DNA from: Octopus sinensis
Lineage: Eukaryota
DNA: 64,000 nt
Reading direction: 5' to 3'
Assembly (NCBI RefSeq): GCF_006345805.1
Contig: NC_042998.1
Location: forward strand, 38,378,001-38,442,000
Shown: piece by piece, positions 1-12,429 of the stretch
Numbering within the stretch: position 1 is the stretch's first letter
Layout of the letters: the number at the start of each line of letters is the position of its first letter
Notes under the pieces: generated by a model
Told to the model about the DNA's origin: nothing
The model's database searches: none
Seen by the model: only the letters and a program-made list of their open reading frames with translations
Made by a program: the position numbers and the translations under genes

Positions 1-1097
1 GCAAAAGGAATTCGGAATCAAGAATGAGGCAGGTTACTAGCTTAAGTATGCATAGCCATGGCGAGGAGTAGGAAGAGAAGGAGTCCAGACAGACAATGTA
101 AAAAGAGGGGGAGAGAAACCCCGCGAAGAATCGGCAGCCAATTTCTAATCAGCCCTGTAAGGGAGATAGATCTTAAATATCTATAACGATAACTAGTGAA
201 TTATACAGAATATGCAAAAACGAGGCAAGGCTGAAATAGTAAACAGAGTGGCGACTAGGGGGATCAGAATAATAATAATTAATAAATAATAATAATAAAT
301 AGAGATACGGATGAATTAAAGTTCAAAGATTTCTTATCTTGGGATCACTTCGTTTACGGACAAACTTGGCAAAAGGAATTCGGAATCAAGAATGAGGCAG
401 GTTACTAGCTTAAGTATGCATAGCCATGGCGAGGAGTAGGAAGAGAAGGAGTCCAGACAGACAATGTAAAAAGAGGGGGAGAGAAACCCCGCGAAGAATC
501 GGCAGCCAATTTCTAATCAGCCCTGTAAGGAAGATAGATCTTAAATATCTATAACGATAACTAGTGAATTATACAGAATATGCAAAAACGAGGCGAGGCT
601 GAAATAGTAAACAGAGTGGCGAGTAGGGGGATCAGAATAATAATAATTAATAAATAATAATAATAAATAGAGATACGGATGAATTAAAGTTCAAAGATTT
701 CTTATCTTGGGATCACTTCGTTTACGGACAGACTTGGCAAAAGGAATTCGGAATCAAGAATGAGGCAGGTTACTAGCTTAAGTATGCATAGCCATGGCGA
801 GGAGTAGGAAGAGAAGGAGTCCAGACAGACAATGTAAAAAGAGGGGGAGAGAAACCCCGCGAAGAATCGGCAGCCAATTTCTAATCAGCCCTGTAAGGAA
901 GATAGATCTTAAATATCTATAACGATAACTAGTGAATTATACAGAATATGCAAAAACGAGGCGAGGCTGAAATAGTAAACAGAGTGGCGACTAGGGGGAT
1001 CAGAATAATAATAATTAATAAATAATAATAATAAATAGAGATACGGATGAATTAAAGTTCAAAGATTTCTTATCTTGGGATCACTTCGTTTACGGAC

Positions 1098-1101
<4 letters not shown>
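1..1101. repeat. Tandem repeat, 368-bp unit, about 3 near-identical copies (may continue upstream of the window), ending at a (TA)n tract
   Basis: GCAAAAGGAATTCGGAATCAAG recurs at 1, 369 and 737. Units differ at only a few positions. The array stops at (TA)n from 1102. Confidence 0.95.
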
Positions 1102-1129
<28 letters not shown>

Positions 1130-2424
1130 GGACAGGCTTCTTTCAGTTTCCATCTACCAAATCTATTCAAGGCTTTGGCCAACCCGAGACTATAGTAGAA
1201 GACACCTGCCCAAGGTGCTATGCAGTGGGACCGAACTCTGAACCATGTGGTTGGTAAGAAAGCTACTTACCACATAGCCACTCCTGTGCCTATAGATTAA
1301 ATCTCCGAGTGAGATATAAACAGTAGCAATACAGAATCATAACATATAATTGGCAACCAAGTGTGGCGTCCTGTACAGGACAATGCTACTGATGTTTATA
1401 GCCCCAGGAAGACATCGCTTCCAACTGGCTAACGACACACATTCTGTGTCCGATTAGTATTTGCAAGTGGAGGTCATCGCTCCCATTCCTAGCCTAACAT
1501 GATACACACGGACTCGAGTTTCTGGGTGGTTACCTGTCCTTAGTGTGTGTCCATCACCAGCTAGTGATTATCAAGAATGACTCAAAGGTAAAAGTATTAC
1601 AGATTTCAAAATCATACACACCGCTTTAATAGGTGCAATACATTGCATGGTATATGGAAAAACAGGAATATATTTCAAAGATGGAGAGAGGAAGTAAATT
1701 AGAACTCACTTTGCAATTTCATTGTGTAACTGAGAAGCACTTTAAAAAAGGACCATAAAAGCAACATTTCCTGATGAGAAAATATTAAAATTGGAATTTT
1801 TAAGCATTTCCTACTTATTCTAGATTTAAAGATGTTTACGTTTAAAGAAAGTTACTGGTGTAGTGTGCTTGAAGCATTTTAATATTGAAGAATGTAAAAA
1901 GACAGAAAAAAGACATCTTCTAACAAAGCAGGAAGCTTAATCAAACCTTTATATTCCAGGTGCAAAGGCCCATCTTTGTAAGAAAAGTCCAGTTATGTAA
2001 CTGGAGTTTTCTTAGAGAGAAAGAGAGGGTGTCAGAGTGAGAGAGAAAGAGATCCTAAGTATAAATAAAGTAATGAATACCAGTCATGAACTGGTACTCA
2101 TCCCTTCCAAAATTTCAGCCAATGTTAAAAGTAATAATTGTCATTGTGGTTCTCTTTGTCACAACATGTGTTTGATGCCTACACTTTTCAATGGAATAAA
2201 ACTGAAGACATAATCGAAAGCCTTAACATAATAAATGAAAACAGTGTTATAAAAATCTATGAATTTAGACATAAAAATGAAATGAAACACATGTGTTCTT
2301 TTCACAGGTCATGTGAGTTGTTATTATAAAAGTGTTTTGTAACCTTTACTTTGCAGCCGATTAGTACAAAAAATGCTTTTTCATATCTTGTCTGATTTGT
2401 TTCTCTTTAATCTTATCTCTTTAG

Positions 2425-2492
2425 TCTAATCACAAAGAATTATCCACAGGCTGGTTTAGTAGCCATTGCTGGGAGACAGACAAGTGGCAGAG
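2425..2492 (+). CDS. HLCS: Biotin--protein ligase (HLCS-like) internal exon: LITKNYPQAGLVAIAGRQTSGR(G)
   Basis: Pyrimidine tract plus AG at 2423-2424 and GT at 2493. Enters in phase 2, exits in phase 1. Encodes the BPL/BirA 'IAxxQxxGRG' start of the biotin-binding loop and joins in frame to 4399. Confidence 0.88.
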
Positions 2493-3595
2493 GTCTGTAT
2501 TTTTTTTATTATAACTGTTTTTTTGTTGTTGATTTTTATTGTTTAATTCACTGCATGTTTTTATTCTTTTTTTATTGAAGTTATTTTTGTTTTATTCAAT
2601 GCTATTATTTTAATTGTGGGCCCCATTCATGACATTCTGTTGTTATGAGACATCTCACTGCCACACTGAATCACATATTGGTCTTATGACAGACCCTATC
2701 AAAAGCATTATGTCAGTTCAACACTGCTGGTTCTATTTTCTACTCATTTCCAGCTTGACAGACTGGATTCTTGTGAGTGAAGTAGATGTGGACATATTCT
2801 ACATGAAAATGGTTGAAGAACAGCTGGACAGAAATGCAATTTTGGACAGCTTTGGTATTAAATAGCACAAAAGATAAAATAGCATAAAACAGCACAGAAT
2901 GACAAAAGACCCTCTATGCAGTTCAGTGACTTGCTAGAAATAGCAGCTAAATCACTCAAATCAATTGTAGGTCCTATTGGCCTTTTTTGTTCCCAATCAC
3001 ATGGTTCTGGGTTCAGTCCCACTGCGTGACACTTTGGACAATTATCTTCTACTATAGCCTTGGACCAACCAAGGTTTTATGAGTGGCTTTTGTTGACGGA
3101 AACTGAAAGAAGCCTGTCGTATATGCACGTCTGTGTGTCTTTGTTTCTGTGTTTGTTCTCCATTACTACTAGACAGCCAGTCTTGGTGTGTTTACATCCT
3201 TGTAACTTAGCAGTCCAGCAAAAGAGACCAATAGAATAAGTGCCAGGCTTACGAAAATAGGAATTAGGGACAATTCATTCTAAAAAAATTCTGCAAGGTA
3301 GTGCTCCAGCATGGCTGCAGTCTAATGACTGAAACCAGTAAAAGACAATAATAGGTGCAGGCATGGCATGTGCTAAGAAGCTTGCTTCCCAACCACGTGG
3401 TTCCGGGTTCAGTCCCACTGTGTGGCACCATGGGCAAGTGTCTACTACTATAGCCTTGGCCTATCAAAGCCTTATGAGTGGATTTGGTAGACGGAAACTG
3501 AAAGAAGCCCATCATATATATGTGTGTTAAATAAAGTCAGACAACAAAACCGAGGCTGTGTGGAATTTATAGGACCGTTTGTGAAGAGAAAGGTT

Positions 3596-3643
3596 ATCTT
3601 ACAGCTGTTTCTGGGGTATTAGGGTTATCCCTTCATCAGAGAT
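3596..3643 (-). ncRNA. Minimal type-I hammerhead ribozyme motif, core intact
   Basis: Minus strand reads ATCT-CTGATGA-AGGGATAACCCTAATACCCCA-GAAA-CAGCTG-TA-AGAT. Stem I is ATCT/AGAT, stem III is the palindrome CAGCTG, cleavage triplet GUA. Confidence 0.75.
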
Positions 3644-3926
3644 GATGTGAGATGGTTAAATAGAGGGAAATAGTCGAGTTCAGTATATCCATTTGTAATA
3701 ACAAAATATGAACTCCTATTGGAATCTACATACCATGGACAAGAAGTGTTTCTACCCATTCTATCCATTCCTTGGATAATGGAACTGCCACTGTAACATC
3801 CTACATGTATTTTTACTTTTATTTTTATTTTCTTATTTCCTTTTATACTTCCCAGATTCATCCTTTTCCAAAATAACACCTTATATTGAACTCTAATACT
3901 TCCATCTATTTAACCATCTCGTATTG

Positions 3927-3970
3927 TCTGTGATGAAGGGATATCCCTAATATCCCAGAAACAGCTATAT
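3927..3970 (+). ncRNA. Degenerate hammerhead motif, sense to HLCS
   Basis: GTCT-GTGATGA-AGGGATATCCCTAATATCCCA-GAAA-CAGCTATA. Core C3 is G, GUA is AUA, and the 3' half of stem I is lost relative to the 3596-3643 copy. Confidence 0.6.
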
Positions 3971-4034
3971 TTCTCTTCACAAATGTCCTATAAATTCCAC
4001 ATGGCCTTGGTTTTGTTGTCTTAAATTATTTAAC

Positions 4035-4086
<52 letters not shown>

Positions 4087-4398
4087 GTGTGTGTGTATGT
4101 ATATATGTATGTATGTATGAATGTATCTGTGTGTCTGTGTTTGTCCCCCCACCATTGCTTGACAACTGATATTGGTATGTTTATGTCCCTGTATCTTACC
4201 AGTAAGTACCAGGTTTACAAAGAATAAGCCCTGGGATCGATTTGTTTGACTAAGGGAGGTGCTCCAGCATGGCCGCAGTCAAATGACTGAAACAAGTAAA
4301 AGAATAAAAGAATTAAAAAAATAGGTGATGGTGGCTATAATGTTAGCGATGATGATTATAATAATATTTGTGATGAATAAAGCTTTCTTATTTGGTAG

Positions 4399-4559
4399 GT
4401 CGTGGAGGAAACCAATGGATAAGTCCACCTGGTTGTGCAATGTTTACTCTGCATGTCTGCTTCGATGCATCCAGTGCACTTGGTCAAGCACCAACATTTC
4501 TGCAACATTTCTGCGGCCTTGCTATGGTATTAAGTGTACGGGAGTTACCAGGATATGAG
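4399..4559 (+). CDS. HLCS: HLCS-like exon: (G)RGGNQWISPPGCAMFTLHVCFDASSALGQAPTFLQHFCGLAMVLSVRELPGYE
   Basis: AG at 4397-4398 and GTGAGA donor at 4560. Length 161 nt (2 + 53 codons). Contains the GRGGNxWxSPxGCA motif of eukaryotic biotin ligases. Confidence 0.93.
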
Positions 4560-5639
4560 GTGAGATAAAGCTTCCTTGTCATAAATCAGGGGACAAGACG
4601 TTCCCTGTAATGGTAGTTTCATAATTATTTACTTTCAGAACAGGAGAAAAATTCCTTCCTGAGTGAAGGTGTGTGGCTTATCATCATCATCATCATCGTT
4701 TAATGTCCGTTTTCTGTGCTACCACGGGTTGGACGGTTTGACCAGGGTCTGGGAAGCCAGGAGGCTGCACCAGACTCCAGTCTGATCTGGCAGTGCTTCT
4801 ACAGCTGAATGCCCTTCCTAACGCCAACCACTCCATGAGTGTAGTGGGTGCTTTTTACGTGCTACCGGCACAGGTGCCAGTCATGGCAGCGCTGGCATTG
4901 GTCACGTTCAGATGGTGCTTTTTATGTGCCACCGGCACAGGTATCATAACTACAATTTCCATTTGATATGTGGTTAGGAATATTCAGTTCACGATTGGAA
5001 GGTCATGAATTTGACCTCCAGTGGCACATTGTTGTCTTCAGCAACACACTTCACATTGCTTGTTGCTCCAGTCCATTCAGCTGAGAGAAATGAGTTGTAC
5101 CAGTAATTCAATGGGCCAGCCTTGTCACATTCTGTGTCATGCTGAATGTCCTAGAGAACTATGTTCAAGGTACGTGTACCTGTGGATTGCTCAGCTGCTT
5201 GCATCTTAATTTCAGGTGTCACTTGTTCAGTTGATCAAATCAACTGGAACATTCATTGTCATAACTGATGGCAAGCTAGGCGACTTTCAATGGAAGGTTT
5301 AATAGAGAAGACCCTATCATGAGGGAGCTTTTGTGTTACCTCAGTCAAATTGGAGGTGAACAGAACACTGCAAACTAAGGAAAATGTCGTTAATTATATT
5401 GCTTTAAAATTTTAGCACAAGGCCAGCAATTTTGAGGGGGGGAGTAAGTCAATTGCATCAACCCAAGTGCTTTTCTGGTACTTATTTTAGTGACCCCAAA
5501 AGGATGAAATGCAAAGTCGACCATGGCAGAATTTGAACTCAGATGGTAAAAGCAGATGAAATGCTGCTAAACATTTTGCCCAGGGTGTTAACGATCCTGC
5601 CAGCTTGCCACCTTAATATCATCAATTATATTACTCTTT

Positions 5640-6040
5640 TACTTGTTTCAGTCATATGACTGTGGCCATGCTGGAGCACTTCCTTTAGCCGAGCAAATCG
5701 ACCCTAGGACTTATTCTTTGTAAGCCTAGTACTTATTCCATCGGTCTCTTTGCCAAACTGCTAAATTACGGGGATGTAAACACACCAGCATTGGTTGTCA
5801 AGCGATGCTGGGGGGACAAACACAGACACGCAAACATATACACGCACATACATATATATATATATATCTACATATATACGACGGGCTTCTTTCAATTTCC
5901 GTCTACCAAATCCACTCACGAGGCTTTGGTCGGCCCAAGGCCATAGTTGAAGACACTTGCCCAAGGTGCCACACAGTGGGACTGAACCCGGAACCATGTG
6001 GTTCGTAAGCAAGCTACTTACCACACAGCCACTCCTACGC
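5640..6040 (-). mobile_element. tRNA-derived SINE, representative copy of the most abundant family (others near 1120-1290, 2930-3250, 3290-3515, 11130-11410, 36540-37370, 41230-41640, 50542-50905)
   Basis: Head with B-box-like GGTTCAGTCCC followed by GGCACCTTGGGCAAGTGTCTT, an internal microsatellite and a conserved 3' block ending CAGTCAAATGACTGAAACAAGTAAAAG. Confidence 0.75.
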
Positions 6041-6571
6041 CTAAAGAGTTACAAACAGCCAAGAAGAATATCAGATGTAAGAAAAAGGGTATTAGTCAAT
6101 AAGATATTTTCTCCAGAAATCTATTTGCCTGATTTGAGTGATTGATCTCAGATTGTGTATTGAAACTAATTAACAGAATGTTAATTAACACATATCAGCC
6201 ATTCAACAACACATAAAAACTATTAACTTTAGTTAAATATTTATTATTTGCTGTCAAAATCTGCTTCACACTATCTGCAACCTGGTCACTGACCCAGCTC
6301 CACTGTAATTGGTTTAAGATAAAACTGTTGGTCTGTATATCTAGGTTTCAGGGTTATAAATATAATTTTTTCATCTGTATCAGTGGTTCTCAACCATTTT
6401 TTTTACCTTTAGACCCCTCGAATTCCTATTTTATTCCATGTTTAAAAACTAGTTTTAGAGAGATACTTCTTTCAAAATTCTACTTTTGTTCACCCATTAT
6501 TCACTTGTGTAGGTTTGCAATTTACTCAAAGTTATTTACTGATCTATACGTAAACATCTTATTCTTTTCAG

Positions 6572-6686
6572 GATATTAACATTGAAATTAAATGGTCAAA
6601 TGACATAGTTTTCAACAATTGCATCAAACTTGGAGGAGTTCTTGTAGATTCTTATACTGAAGAAGGAAAGTTGCATGCTTTTATTG
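6572..6686 (+). CDS. HLCS: HLCS-like exon: DINIEIKWSNDIVFNNCIKLGGVLVDSYTEEGKLHAFI(G)
   Basis: TTTTCAG acceptor and GTGAGT donor at 6687. Length 115 nt. Contains KW(S)ND and KLGGVL motifs of the BPL catalytic domain. Confidence 0.93.
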
Positions 6687-7060
6687 GTGAGTCACTTTCG
6701 TTCCTTTATATACGATCGTTTTTTTTTTCTGCTTGTAAATCTTTCATTTTTTGTTGAAACTGTTTTTCAAAGTAGATTATGGTTAATTTTCTGAAGAGAT
6801 GAACAGGTTTAGGGGACAATGTAGTTAGTCATCATCATCATCATTATTGAATATCTGTTTTCCATGTTGGATCATTTGCCAGGAGCTGGCAAGCTGGAGA
6901 GCTGCACCAGGCAAAGTTTCTGCAGCTGGATGCCCTTCTTAATGCCAACCACTTTATAGAACATACTGGATGCTTTTTATGTGGCACCAGCACCAGTGCT
7001 TTACACATGGCACCAGAATGGGTGCTTTGATATGTGGTACCAGAATGGGTGGCGAGCTGG

Positions 7061-7282
7061 TAGAAACGTTAGCATGCCGGGCGAAATGCGTAGCCGTATT
7101 TCGTCTGCCATTACGTTCTGAGTTCAAATTCCACCGAGGTCGACTTTGCCTTTCATCCTTTCGGGGTCGATTAAATAAACACCAGTTGCGTACAGGTGTC
7201 GATATAATTGACTTAATCCGTCTTTCTGTCCTTGTTTGCTCCCTCTGTGTTTAGTACCTCGTGGGTAGTAAAGAAATAGGTA
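7061..7282 (+). mobile_element. tRNA-derived SINE with a Nin-like central domain, full-length representative
   Basis: A-box-like TGGTAGAAACGTTAG, B-box GAGTTCAAATTCC, then GTCGACTTTGCCTTTCATCCTTTCGGGGTCGAT. The same family occurs at 24030-24200, 33440-35020, 44270-44420 and 52264-52796. Confidence 0.7.
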
Positions 7283-8051
7283 CCAGCATGGGTGTTTTGA
7301 TATGTGGTACCAGAATGGGTGATTTATATATGTTTCTTCTTGTTTTTATTGAAATTTTGAGAATTTTTATGAACACCATGCAGAATGACAGGATTTGAAC
7401 TCTTAATCCTCGAAACTGATAAGTGTTCAGTTACATTCCTTTCACTTAAAGCAGCTGTAAAACATGACATCAAACAGGGATGAGATACTAATGCCTTTTC
7501 TTTTCTTCATAAATATTGCCTTTAAAATATGACAAACAACATTATGGGGTCAAAAATGAATTCTTTTTTTCATCACATAAAAATCACACCGAGTGTGTGT
7601 GTGTGTGTGGCACATGTGCTTTAGTGTCTGTGTTTGTCTCCCATCACCACTTGACAATTGGTGTTGTTCCCTGTAACTTAGCAGTTCGGCAAAAGAAACT
7701 AATAGAATAAATATCAGACTTTAAAAAATAAGCCCTGGGGTCAATTCATTCAATTTAAAAAATGATTTAAGGTGGTGCCCCAGCATGGTCATAGCCTAAT
7801 AGTTGAAACCAGTAAAAGATAAAAGATAAAAACTTATGAACTTTTGGCAAAAGTACTAAAATTTGTGTCTACACCAGCCTACAGCTATGAAGAATTAGAA
7901 GAGGATATCCAAAAGTTCTGTTAAACATTAAAATTGGTGAAGTTTTTCATGAATAAAAGTAGTGAGGTTGATGAATATATGCCCAGCGTGACAAAATAGA
8001 TGGAATGTGATGCTGAATGTGTGTATACGTTTGTGTATATATGTGTATATG

Positions 8052-8335
8052 TGGAGGTGCAATGGCCCAGTGGTTAGGGCAGCAGACTCGCGGTTGTAGG
8101 ATCGCGGTTTCGATTCCCAGACCGGGCGTTGTGAGTGTTTATTGAGGGAAAACACCTAACGCTCCATGAGGTTCTGGCGGGTGGGGGTGGCGATCCCTGC
8201 TGTACTCTTTCGCCACAACTTTCTCTCACTCTTCTGTTGGCCTGCTCGCTTAGCCAGCGGGGTGGCGTCATTTGAAGGCTAAACCAGTGCGAAGCGCATT
8301 GTGACCAGCGATGTGTAGCAACATCTGATAGCCAG
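8052..8335 (+). mobile_element. Second tRNA-headed SINE family
   Basis: A box TGGCCCAGTGG and B box GGTTTCGATTCC at tRNA-like spacing, followed by about 200 bp of non-tRNA body. Confidence 0.6.
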
Positions 8336-8479
8336 ATTGATCACGATGATCATGGTGATATATGTGTATATATTATTAACTCTGTGTGTGTGTGTGCATA
8401 TGTAAATGTGTATGTATGTACTTATATATTTATGTGATTATTTACTTGGTTTGAAGAGTTTGCCATTTATTGTTGGATG

Positions 8480-8780
8480 GGAGAAAGTAAAAGCTTCACA
8501 CATGTCGTGTCGTGTGAGGATTACAAATGTGAAGTGTTAAAGATTGCAAGACATTGTACGAGAGAAAATTGAGACATCATTATAGAAAAGTGTATTTGGA
8601 ATGTTTGCATCCCACAACGGTGCTGAAAAGAAAGCGGTGTGCAAGTACCATTGTGAAAGACTGTTGGATGAGAAAAATGCACAGGAGATAGACACACGCC
8701 ATCAGTAAACCCAACAGGAGGGTCAGCCATCAAAAATGACAGCTGTAAGGTAGAGAGATTAAGGAGAGGAAAATGGAAGA
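8480..8780 (+). pseudogene. Degenerate RTE-type LINE fragment (endonuclease-RT linker)
   Basis: Broken frames give KIARHCTREN.DII.EKC and CKYHCERLLDEKNA, resembling the RTE 'W..HY.RLLN.EN' motif. Multiple stops. Confidence 0.4.
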
Positions 8781-10671
8781 TATCTAGACTCATCCTCATT
8801 ATCATTTAATGTCTGTTTTTCGTGCTGGCATGGGTTAGACAGTCTGACAGGAGTTGACGAGGCCAGGTGACACACCAGCTTCCATGGTCTGTTTTGGAAT
8901 GGTTTCATTGGCCGGATGCTCTTCCTGATGCCAACCACTTTAAAAGGGAGTGTCTGCTGAGTGCTTTTTACATGGTACCAGCATGGCTGCTTTGTACATA
9001 GCATGGGCATGGGTAGTTTTTACATGAACTGTAAGTTCTGATGATCATTGCTGTTGTGAACACCAAGCCATATCAGATGTTATATTTTGGAGGCACCCTG
9101 CACCCTGAAAGGGGTCAGTGACCACTCAGCTGCATTGATGTTATTAGCAGAGGCACACAATGTGAAACTGAGAACCTACAACAAAAGAGGGGACAGAGAT
9201 TCTTGGTAAAGTGTGGTGAAACACATCTCAGTTGAAGAAGAAGAAGCAGCTGGTGGTGGTGATGGTGATGATGATGATGATGATGATGATGAAGAAGATG
9301 AATAGAGTGTAGGAGGCTTATTAATCTCTGCTAGTGACAAACGATTTTCTCCTCCAAATGAATGGCAGAGTGACTGTATGGAGCTTGTGTACAAAGGGAA
9401 CTGTTGCATTTCAGTAGGAAAAGGGCTTTGAATGCAGGGATTTATGAAGATTGGGAAAAAAAAACTGAATGCAGTAAGCATGCTCCATTTTATTTGTAAT
9501 ATTTGTGGTCATGAATGACACAGTGCAAATAAGTTGAGAGAAAAACTAGCTACAAAAGGAACGAAATGCAGTTGAATCTCAGAGATGAGATGAGAAAGTG
9601 CTATGACAAGTGGTGGCATTGTGCTAGGAGAAACCTGACCACTTGAACAAGCAGAGCAACTTGGATTTTAAAATGAGTGCAGTAGTGGCAAGTAGGATGT
9701 ATAGTGTACATTGAGATCATGGACCACAGCTCACACTGCTTTACCTGTCTAATTGGTAAATCTCATCTCTTTACCACTGGTCCTCTGTGTCATGTTACTA
9801 ATGAGAAACAGTTTTAGATCTGTCCATACAGAATATTTAATTATAAGCAAATAAAATAATAAGTTTTAATATTTCTGTAGAGGTTACAGGCGTTTCATAA
9901 TCCACTCAGAATTACATCAACTTCATTTCAGAGAAATATCTAAGCACACACTCACATGATCACCCATCCACCCACATGCACACACACCTATATATCATCA
10001 TCATCGTTTAATGTCCGTTTTCCATGCTAGCATGGGTTGGACGGTTCGACCGGGGTCTGGGAAGCCAGGAGACTGCACCTGGCTCCAGTCTGATCTTGCA
10101 GTGTTTCTACAGCTGGATGCCCTTCCTAACACCAACCACTCCATGAGTATAGTGGGTGCTTTTTATGTGCCATGATCGGTTGGTGCTTTTTATATGTCAC
10201 CGACATGGATGCCAGTCAGGCGGCGCTGACATCAGCCACGTTCAGATGGTGTTTTTTACGTGCCACCGGCATGGGTATCTTAACTACAATTTCCATTTGA
10301 TTTTTATTTTGATGTTGGTGTTGACGTACTTGACTCAATAGGTCTCCTCAAGTACAACGGGTCACTCTACAATCCAAGGTTGGCACAGCAGGCCGTCCTG
10401 TGAGCCATGAACTCATTTCATTTGTCGGGTCTTCACAGTCACAGCATATCTCAGAGGTCTCGGTCTTTTGTCATTTCCACTGTGAGGCTCAACATGTCAC
10501 CAGCACGGGTATCACAACTACAATATCCATTTGATTTTATTTTGATGTTGATGTACTTGACTCAATAGGTCTCCTCAAGCACAGCAGGTCACTCTGCGAT
10601 CCAAGCTTAGCACAGCAGGCTGTCCTGCGAGCCATGAACTCACTTCATTTGTCGGGTTTTCGCAGTCACTC

Positions 10672-10724
<53 letters not shown>

Positions 10725-11008
10725 CATATGATATAATTACAAGCAGGGCAAATTTTAGCCATTTCTCTGCAGACTGAAAAAAGGATGAACAACCTTAATC
10801 GATTTTCGAACCTTACTGGGTTCTCATCAGAGGCATCTACATCGTTCTGACAGTTTCCAGAGAAACAAGCAGCCAAACTGTTTATACACTCAACAAATGC
10901 AGCAGTTACTCTATGAAGGAGTCCCTAATTTGCATACCTAAAGTATTTAACACTCTATAAATACCAGCAGCCTGTCAATGGAGATCTTAGTTCACACAGT
11001 ATCAAGGT

Positions 11009-11053
<45 letters not shown>

Positions 11054-11466
11054 GAAATGAGCTACTCAGAAATTTGGATGGTTTTATATTTACAGATATT
11101 TATTTGTATACTCTTTTACTCTTTTACTTGTTTCAGTCATTTGACTGCGGCCATGCTGGAGCACCGCCTTTATGTTACATGTTTTTATATATCCCTCTCT
11201 CTCTCTCTCTTTCGGAGAGGCACTGAGCAGCTATACGCACACATACACACACGGCAGTAACTCCCGCCTACCGAATTCAATCACAAAGCTCCGGTTGGCT
11301 CGGGGCTATAGCGGAAGGCACCTACCCAAAGTGCCACGCAGTGGGACTGAACCCAAAATCATGTAGTTTGAAAGCAAGCTCCCTAACCACACAGCCATAC
11401 CCGCGCCTACCCATGCCCATCATATTCAAGCGCTTTCGTCCATTCTAGTAGAGTCTTCAAATTGAA

Positions 11467-11506
<40 letters not shown>

Positions 11507-12397
11507 TCACACACACACTGCATTCACATAGTCATGCAATGGTGTGCAGAATAGATTATTAGTCAGACCACAAAATGGAGTAATGCATCAATACATGTAT
11601 TATGAGATCCATTGATTTATACGTGATATGGAGAGGATAAAGCTGGAGAAGTTTTCTAGCCAGACGGTAATTAATAAAACAAACCAAAACAACAGTCAGT
11701 GTCAAATTGAGATAAGTACACAGATGATAATGATGGCGGTTATAAATGAAATGAAATGAAGTTGAAAGGAATCAAAATGACGTATATGTATGGGTATATA
11801 TCTGTGTATATATACATATGCATACACACACACCTGTACATCTATATGTGTATATATGTAGGTTTTGTATGTATTAGAATTTATACGATTTCTTTTCCTT
11901 TATGAATTTGAAATAACAAACAAATAATGGCAAGGTGAATTTATTATTTTCATTCAATGATCTCTGGCAATTGTGTTTCATTCTTCTCCACGTCAACAGT
12001 GCAAGCTGTAATTGTTGTCTCGTATTCGTAATGATGATGATGATGATGGTATATGTCTTCTGTCAGTTCATTTCGAAGTGAAAATGTTATTTATAAATGT
12101 GTTTAGATATAGAGATTAGACTGGTTGAGTGTTGTAGAAATGCACAGAGTAGAACAAAACTTGATAATGGAGAATGTGGTTTTAATGTTGTTTTATTTGG
12201 TTTCTTTCTTCAAAATAATGCCATTTATTATAGGAAATTGCAGAGAAATTGTTTTCTAAATTACATTTATTGTTGTGCTACGTTTTGAAAGGAAAAAAAT
12301 TATTTTGAAATCATTAAGTGATATTGAACTTTTTGTTGATGCAACACTTACCATAATGTGATGTGTGGTATATTTTACACACACACACACATACTCA

Positions 12398-12429
<32 letters not shown>

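Larger units (their letters stand above)
3526..4034. mobile_element. Inverted pair of Penelope-like pseudo-LTR fragments, each with a hammerhead motif
   Basis: About 3526-3700 is the diverged reverse complement of about 3860-4034. Both arms carry a (C/G)TGATGA..GAAACAGCT motif and both outer ends abut TA/TG microsatellite. Confidence 0.7.

Noticed and set aside
1851-1940. Frame reading VTGVVCLKHFNIEECKKTEKRHLLTKQEA*, reminiscent of the HLCS segment HFNLEIY..LQTKQLG expected in the preceding exon
   Set aside because: It is bounded by stops, has no phase-2 donor and lacks the following ST/TT motif. The similarity is short and from recall. The real exon probably lies upstream of the window.
8052-8125. 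Possible tRNA gene
   Set aside because: It has A and B boxes but no clean cloverleaf or terminator, and it continues into a SINE body.
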